DNA from: Myxococcota bacterium
GTDB taxonomy: Bacteria > Myxococcota > JACRCW01
Assembly: GCA_040752415.1 (NCBI GenBank)
Contig: JBFMGU010000074.1
Span: 1 to 41,328 of the forward strand
Direction of reading: 5' to 3'
DNA length: 41,328 bases
Below, in pieces: positions 36,617-41,328 of this stretch; within the stretch, counting starts at the first letter, position 1; each line of letters begins with the position of its first letter. The notes below the pieces were generated by a model. The model was given only the letters and a program-made list of their open reading frames with translations. It did no database searches and was not told the origin of the DNA. A program made the position numbers and the translations under genes.

Positions 36617-37600
36617 CTACTCGACGAACACTTCGCTGGCGGGCCACGCGGTCAGCTCCACGTCGGCGCCCTCCCGCGACTCGAAGATGACCACGTGGGC
36701 ACCCGCCGGTCGCCGCGACGCGCGCAACCGCGTGGGCACGCCGGACTGGTGCGCCACGCCGTGGGTGGGCGCGTCCTCGGCCTGCGCCGCGCTCGCCGGC
36801 TCGGGGTACAGGACGTGAGCGATGGTGTCGGCCAGCTTTCCGTCGACGGCGTCGGCGGACTGCGCGGCCTGTTGGGAGAACACCAGCAGCCCCGCGGTGG
36901 CGCCCTCCAGCTCTCCCGGCTGCTCGCGCGTCACCATGCTCAACGAGGTCCCCATGCGACCATGCGGGAAGAGCCACAGCGTCTTGCGCGGATGACCGGC
37001 CACCGTGGCGGGACCCGGGGAGAGCTCCGCGTAGGGACGGCTGGTCTTGATGGTCCGGGTGCGGTCCTCCACCGTCACCGCGCGCCCGGGCACCACCGGC
37101 CGCCACCCGATGGCGCCGCTGGAGGTCTCCTCCGTCGTCACCGTGAGACCCTGGGCGCGGAGCGCGGCGGTCACCTGCTCGAGCTCGTCGAAGAACGCGT
37201 CCAGCGTCTTGAACAACATGGCGTCCGCCTTCTTCTCGTCGAGTTGCAGCGCGCGGGCCAGCTTGCGCAGTTGCGCTTGCCGCTCGGAGAACAGCTGCGC
37301 GTTGGCGGGACCGAGCCGCGGTCGCATCACCTCGTGGATGGCCATGGCGCCCCACGCCAGCTTCTGCTCGGCGGTGCCCGGTCGTTGCAGCGTGCGGGCC
37401 ACGGCGTCGTCCGCCTGCTTCTTCATGTCCTCCATGAGCTGATTCACCTGGGGCGCGGATGATGGCGCGGGTGCCTGGACCGGGGTGGGCCGTGCCTTCT
37501 GTTGGGCCACCCTGACGAGCCTGGTGCCCTCGTCGTGGCTGCACGCGGTGGTTGCCGCCAGCACCAGCGCGGCGAGGCCAGGACAGGAGCTCCGTGCCAT
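36617..37600 (-). CDS. Hypothetical lipoprotein
   Basis: GGAGG RBS; MARSSCPGLAALVLAATTAC lipobox-like; host-like codon usage. Confidence 0.72.
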   Translation of the reverse strand: MARSSCPGLAALVLAATTACSHDEGTRLVRVAQQKARPTPVQAPAPSSAPQVNQLMEDMKKQADDAVARTLQRPGTAEQKLAWGAMAIHEVMRPRLGPANAQLFSERQAQLRKLARALQLDEKKADAMLFKTLDAFFDELEQVTAALRAQGLTVTTEETSSGAIGWRPVVPGRAVTVEDRTRTIKTSRPYAELSPGPATVAGHPRKTLWLFPHGRMGTSLSMVTREQPGELEGATAGLLVFSQQAAQSADAVDGKLADTIAHVLYPEPASAAQAEDAPTHGVAHQSGVPTRLRASRRPAGAHVVIFESREGADVELTAWPASEVFVE

Positions 37601-37712
37601 GGATGTTCCACCTCCGCGCCTGCCCGTGGCGTCGGGCGATTTCCACACAGAACGTGGAGCCGGGCAAGCGGGACGGAGCGCCTAGGGTACGCCGGTGTGC
37701 GACGTCGATGGC

Positions 37713-38363
37713 ATGATGCTCGCCATGGGTCGGGAACGTGGCGTGGTGCCGTTGTGGGAGTTGTCCGCGCGCGACCAGCTGCGGCGCATCTCCTGGCTCG
37801 CCCCAGTGACGGTGTTCTGGCCCGCGCTTGGCGTCGGCGTGCGCTACGGGCTCTGGCCCGCGGTGACGTTCTTTGTGCTGGTGTGTGGGTTGGCCCTGGG
37901 CGTGGCATGGGCGAGGTGGCGTGCGTGGGAGCGGACGGAGCGGCTGGTGGGGCAGGGCGCGTCGGGAACGGGTCGCTCGTCGGTGGCCGTGACGGCAGGT
38001 GCCGCGGCCGCGCGCCTTGCCCAGGCCCGGGTCGACCTCCGGCGGTCCACCCTTGCCATCTCGGAGATGCTGCTGGCGCTCCTGGTCACCACGCTCCTCG
38101 ACGTGCGCTCGCAGCCGGACCTCGTGGCGTTCGCCATTCTTGGGCTCGTGGTCAGCACGCTTCTCGTCGGGGTGGGCGCCATGACGGCCTTGCGGTTGCT
38201 CCTGGGACGGGAGTCTGGCGGCGCAGCACGTGGCAGCGCGCTGGTGGCGTTGCTGATTGGCGCCATCACCGTGGCGCGGCTGGTCATCGGGGTTCCCGGG
38301 AGCCTGCAGCAACCCCCGCCGCCGTCGACGAATGGGGCGGCGGATGAGATGAAGGAGAAATGA
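37713..38363 (+). CDS. Hypothetical multi-pass membrane protein (start uncertain)
   Basis: About five hydrophobic segments; stop overlaps the next ATG (ATGA). Confidence 0.62.
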   Translation: MMLAMGRERGVVPLWELSARDQLRRISWLAPVTVFWPALGVGVRYGLWPAVTFFVLVCGLALGVAWARWRAWERTERLVGQGASGTGRSSVAVTAGAAAARLAQARVDLRRSTLAISEMLLALLVTTLLDVRSQPDLVAFAILGLVVSTLLVGVGAMTALRLLLGRESGGAARGSALVALLIGAITVARLVIGVPGSLQQPPPPSTNGAADEMKEK

Positions 38364-39067
38364 ACGTGAGCGTGGCGTGGGTTGTGGCGCGGCTGGTGTT
38401 GGCGTCGGTTGCCGAGAGCGCGGACCCGTTGAAGGACGCGTGCTTCGAGGTGGGCCTGGAGGACCGGGGTGTCGTTGCGGACCAGGCCGAGGTGGCCGGG
38501 TGTGAGAATCCCAAGCTCTCCGTCGAGCAGCAGCGCGCGGTGCAGTGGTTCATGCAGCAGACCGGCGGGGCGCGTTGCACGCCGCGGGTCATCCGTCTTG
38601 TCGAGCAGCTCCGCTCCCAGGATCAGAAGACCACGTCGTGGTGGAAGGTGGGGCGGGGCGCGAGCGCGGACGGGCAACCCGCGTTGGCGGAGTGGAAACA
38701 CGGCTCCTTCACGTCACGCGCGGCCACTGCCGAGGATCTCCAACGCGGCACCTGGCGCGACGACGCCATCTGGTGGGTGCGGCAGTCCTGCGCGCTCTCC
38801 TCGTCGGAAGGCTTTCGGCTCACGGGCCCCTTCACGGTGCAGCGCGAGGCGGTGAAGCAGTGCCTGGAGACGGTGTCACCGGGGCGGATTCGCATTCGCT
38901 GGGTGATACTCCCCAATGGTCGCGCCGCGGGCATCTCCGCGCCGGAGGGCAAGGACTCTCCCGCGGCGCCGTGCCTGGGGAAGCTGGTGCAGCGTTGGGA
39001 CTTCGGGCCGGATCCGGAAGGGGAACGTCGGGAAGTGGTCTTTCCGTTCACGGTGTCGCGCCGGTGA
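38360..39067 (+). CDS. Exported protein with AgmX/PglI-like C-terminal domain
   Basis: AAGGAG RBS; signal-like N-terminus; AVKQCL...GRIRIRWVILPNG...CL..LVQRWDF...VVFPFTV. Confidence 0.7.
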   Translation: MNVSVAWVVARLVLASVAESADPLKDACFEVGLEDRGVVADQAEVAGCENPKLSVEQQRAVQWFMQQTGGARCTPRVIRLVEQLRSQDQKTTSWWKVGRGASADGQPALAEWKHGSFTSRAATAEDLQRGTWRDDAIWWVRQSCALSSSEGFRLTGPFTVQREAVKQCLETVSPGRIRIRWVILPNGRAAGISAPEGKDSPAAPCLGKLVQRWDFGPDPEGERREVVFPFTVSRR

Positions 39068-39094
39068 GTCAGGGCAGCCTCTCGGCGACGAGCG

Positions 39095-39598
39095 TCACCC
39101 CGCCGCGGCCTTGGCCTCCGCCGCGCTGGCCAGCCGCGGGTCCTGCGGTCCATCCAGCTGCACCACGGTGACGCCGTGCTTCTGCAGGTAGTCGCAGCCG
39201 TTGGTGCCCGCGTAACCCCCCGCCACGACGAGAACCCGCTCGATGCCCGCGTGGTGGATGAGCTTGGCGCACATCACGCACGGCTCTCCTGTCACAATCA
39301 GCCACGCGCCGCGACACGGCACTCCGTTGGCCGCCGCGTTGCAGATCAGGTTCATCTCGGCGTGGTGACAGCCGATCTCCATGCGCGTGCCGGTCTCGAT
39401 CTTCATCGTGTCACGCAGGCACACGTCGCCACCGCACAGCTCACCGCCGCCGCGCGGCCCGCCGTTGTAGCCGTCCATCAACACCACGTTGCGCGTGGGA
39501 TCCACCAGCAGCGCGCCGAATTTCCGACGGGGACAGTTGGAGGCCTTGGCCAGCGCCAGGCACTGCTCGATGCGGATGCGGATGTGCTTGTCCTTCAT
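39095..39598 (-). CDS. Deoxycytidylate (dCMP) deaminase / ComEB family
   Basis: SNCPRRKFGA, GYNG, HAE, PCVMC zinc motifs. Alternative ATG at 39610. Confidence 0.92.
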   Translation of the reverse strand: MKDKHIRIRIEQCLALAKASNCPRRKFGALLVDPTRNVVLMDGYNGGPRGGGELCGGDVCLRDTMKIETGTRMEIGCHHAEMNLICNAAANGVPCRGAWLIVTGEPCVMCAKLIHHAGIERVLVVAGGYAGTNGCDYLQKHGVTVVQLDGPQDPRLASAAEAKAAAG

Positions 39599-39836
39599 GC
39601 GTGCTGCCATATCGGCGGTGTCCCGGAGCGTCAACGCTGGGTTCCGGCGTCGCCGTGAGGTGACTGCCGCGCGCCACCAGCGTCGGGCGGGCTCCGGCGT
39701 GAACGGGTGGCAGCCCGGTCCTGCGCTGCCGGGAGCGCGGGCATGAGGCGGCGCCGCGTCGTGTCACCTCCTCCCACCTCGGAGCGTGGGCTTGGATGTT
39801 GTGGGCGCGTCAATGGCCATGCCAAGGTGCGGGGGC

Positions 39837-40559
39837 ATGGCAGCCAAGGTCATCAAGGGTGGTGGCGGCGCGCCCCCCTCCGACGAGTCGGCACCCCGAC
39901 CCGCCCCCGCGCGGGCCGCGCCCAAGGCAGGCGGGAACGGTGGCGAGGAGCGGGCCAGCGGCGTGGTGCGGGCCGGCCCCGGCATGATGATGCTCCCCCC
40001 CAGCTCCGACGACGACTCGGCCATGGTGCGCGCGGACCAGATCGTCGCCGACGCGCTCAAGACCGCCAGGGCGCTGGAGGCGCAGGCGGAGCAGGAGGCG
40101 CAGGCCGGGGTGGCGACGGCCATCGAGCGCGGTGGCGAGTCGGGACGGGAGAGCGCCGCCGAGTTTGGCCAGATGGCGGAGCGGCTCACGCAGATGCTGA
40201 ACGCGTCGGTGGAGAAGGACGCGCTGGAGGCCGCGGTGGAAGCCGCCAAGGAGCTCATGCTCGCCGAGATCAAACACCGTCCCGGCGGAATCGTCGACGT
40301 GGTGAAGCAGGCGTTGGCCAGCGGCAAGCACCAGAAGGAGATCTTCGTGCGGTGCAATCCCAAGGACGCCGCCACCCTCAAGGAGCGCAAGCGCGAGCTG
40401 CTGGACGTGCTCTCCCGCGCCCGGGACGTCGACATCCGCGAGGATCCCGGCGTGGCCCAGGGCGGCTGCGTCGTGGAGACGGAGCTCGGCATCATTGACG
40501 CCCAGCTGCCCACGCAGCTGGAGGTGCTCTCACGTCGCCTGCTGGGGCTGGGAGGCTGA
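39837..40559 (+). CDS. FliH/SctL (HrpE/YscL) family type III export stator protein
   Basis: Helical N-half with GxxxG-like segment; C-domain VRCNPKD...IREDPGVAQGGCVVETELGIIDAQL.TQL. Confidence 0.85.
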   Translation: MAAKVIKGGGGAPPSDESAPRPAPARAAPKAGGNGGEERASGVVRAGPGMMMLPPSSDDDSAMVRADQIVADALKTARALEAQAEQEAQAGVATAIERGGESGRESAAEFGQMAERLTQMLNASVEKDALEAAVEAAKELMLAEIKHRPGGIVDVVKQALASGKHQKEIFVRCNPKDAATLKERKRELLDVLSRARDVDIREDPGVAQGGCVVETELGIIDAQLPTQLEVLSRRLLGLGG

Positions 40560-40566
40560 GGCGCGC

Positions 40567-41328
40567 ATGGCCGCCAAGATCATCAAGGGAGGCGGAGAAG
40601 GTTCGGCCCCGGTCAATGCCCGGGTGGCCCCCGTCATCCGCGGCGCCGACAAGAAGATCGACCGCGAGGTCTTCTCCGCCCGCAACAAGGCCGACGAGAT
40701 CATCAACGAGGCGCAGGCCCGCGTGGCCGACCGTCTCGCCCGCGGCCGCGCGGAGGCGGAAGAGGCCGAGCAGCGCGCGCGGGAAGAGGCCAGCCACGAG
40801 GCCATGCTGGAGGCCGTCACCGCCATCCTCTGGGCCTACCGTCGACGTGGCGTGGCGCTGATGGGCGCGGCCGGCGACTGCCTGGCGGTGGCCGGGACCC
40901 TGGTGGGCAAGATCCTGGGCCGCGCCATGACGCTGCCGGAGAACGCCGGCCTGGAGGTGGTGGAGAAGGGCCTGCGCGCACGACGGGGTCGCTTCGCCGC
41001 GGTCCTGAAGCTGCCGGTGGAGGACGTGGAGGCCATCAAGGCCCACGCGCCTCTGTGGTCGGGGCTGCAGCAGCACCCGGAGCTGCGCGTGGAGATGGCG
41101 GACGAGGGCTCGCTCGTCGTCGCCACCGGCGAGGTGCCGCTCACCGGCGCGGTGGCCATGCAGGCCCTGTGCACGGTGCTGGAGGTGTCGCTGCCCGAGG
41201 GAATGGGTGAGCCCGCCGCGGAGGACGCCCCCGCCGAGGAGGGTCCCACCGACGAGAGCGCCGCGGAACCGGACGGTGAGCAGGCGGCCGCCGCGGAGGA
41301 GCAGGCCGAGGAGGAGGCGCCCGCCGAG
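40567..41328 (+). CDS. Second, divergent FliH/SctL-like protein with acidic tail (runs off the window)
   Basis: Not in the ORF track. Open frame from ATG 40567: MAAKIIKGGG...REVFSARNKADEIINEAQ...LAVAGTLVGKILGR...LKLPVEDVEAI..., then Glu/Ala-rich. Confidence 0.65.
   Translation, partial: MAAKIIKGGGEGSAPVNARVAPVIRGADKKIDREVFSARNKADEIINEAQARVADRLARGRAEAEEAEQRAREEASHEAMLEAVTAILWAYRRRGVALMGAAGDCLAVAGTLVGKILGRAMTLPENAGLEVVEKGLRARRGRFAAVLKLPVEDVEAIKAHAPLWSGLQQHPELRVEMADEGSLVVATGEVPLTGAVAMQALCTVLEVSLPEGMGEPAAEDAPAEEGPTDESAAEPDGEQAAAAEEQAEEEAPAE

Noticed and set aside
39809..39824. Sigma-54-like promoter on the minus strand (TGGCATGGCCATTGAC)
   Set aside because: The -12 element reads GA instead of the conserved GC; too weak to call.

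Overview
High-GC bacterial chromosomal window whose gene content (eukaryote-like Ser/Thr kinase, AgmX/PglI-type and PilZ proteins, Cys-rich lipoproteins, FliH/SctL paralogues) suggests a Myxococcota-like organism (inference). It has about 35 supportable CDSs. Housekeeping genes include tsaD, ltaE, mutL, a dCMP deaminase and an ArsM-type methyltransferase. A DNA-repair cluster contains a LigD-type primase-polymerase with an extra C-terminal domain, a LigC-type ligase, a PolX-PHP with a degenerate polymerase site and a conserved hypothetical gene, with a Hint-LRR exported protein lying between the last and the others. Also present are a lipoprotein of four ~265-aa repeats, a TetR/FAD-reductase pair with two candidate operators, a secreted Cys-rich protein + Ig-like protein + atypical LuxR module, and a tandem pair of FliH/SctL-like genes at the right edge. 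The clearest non-coding signals are four intergenic inverted-repeat elements: a perfect 117-bp pair, a ~103-bp pair, a ~105-bp doublet and a 23-bp pair. Three of them carry GTAG-led, REP-like hairpins. No rRNA, tRNA, CRISPR array, transposase or integrase was recognised. All family calls come from motif reading, not database searches.
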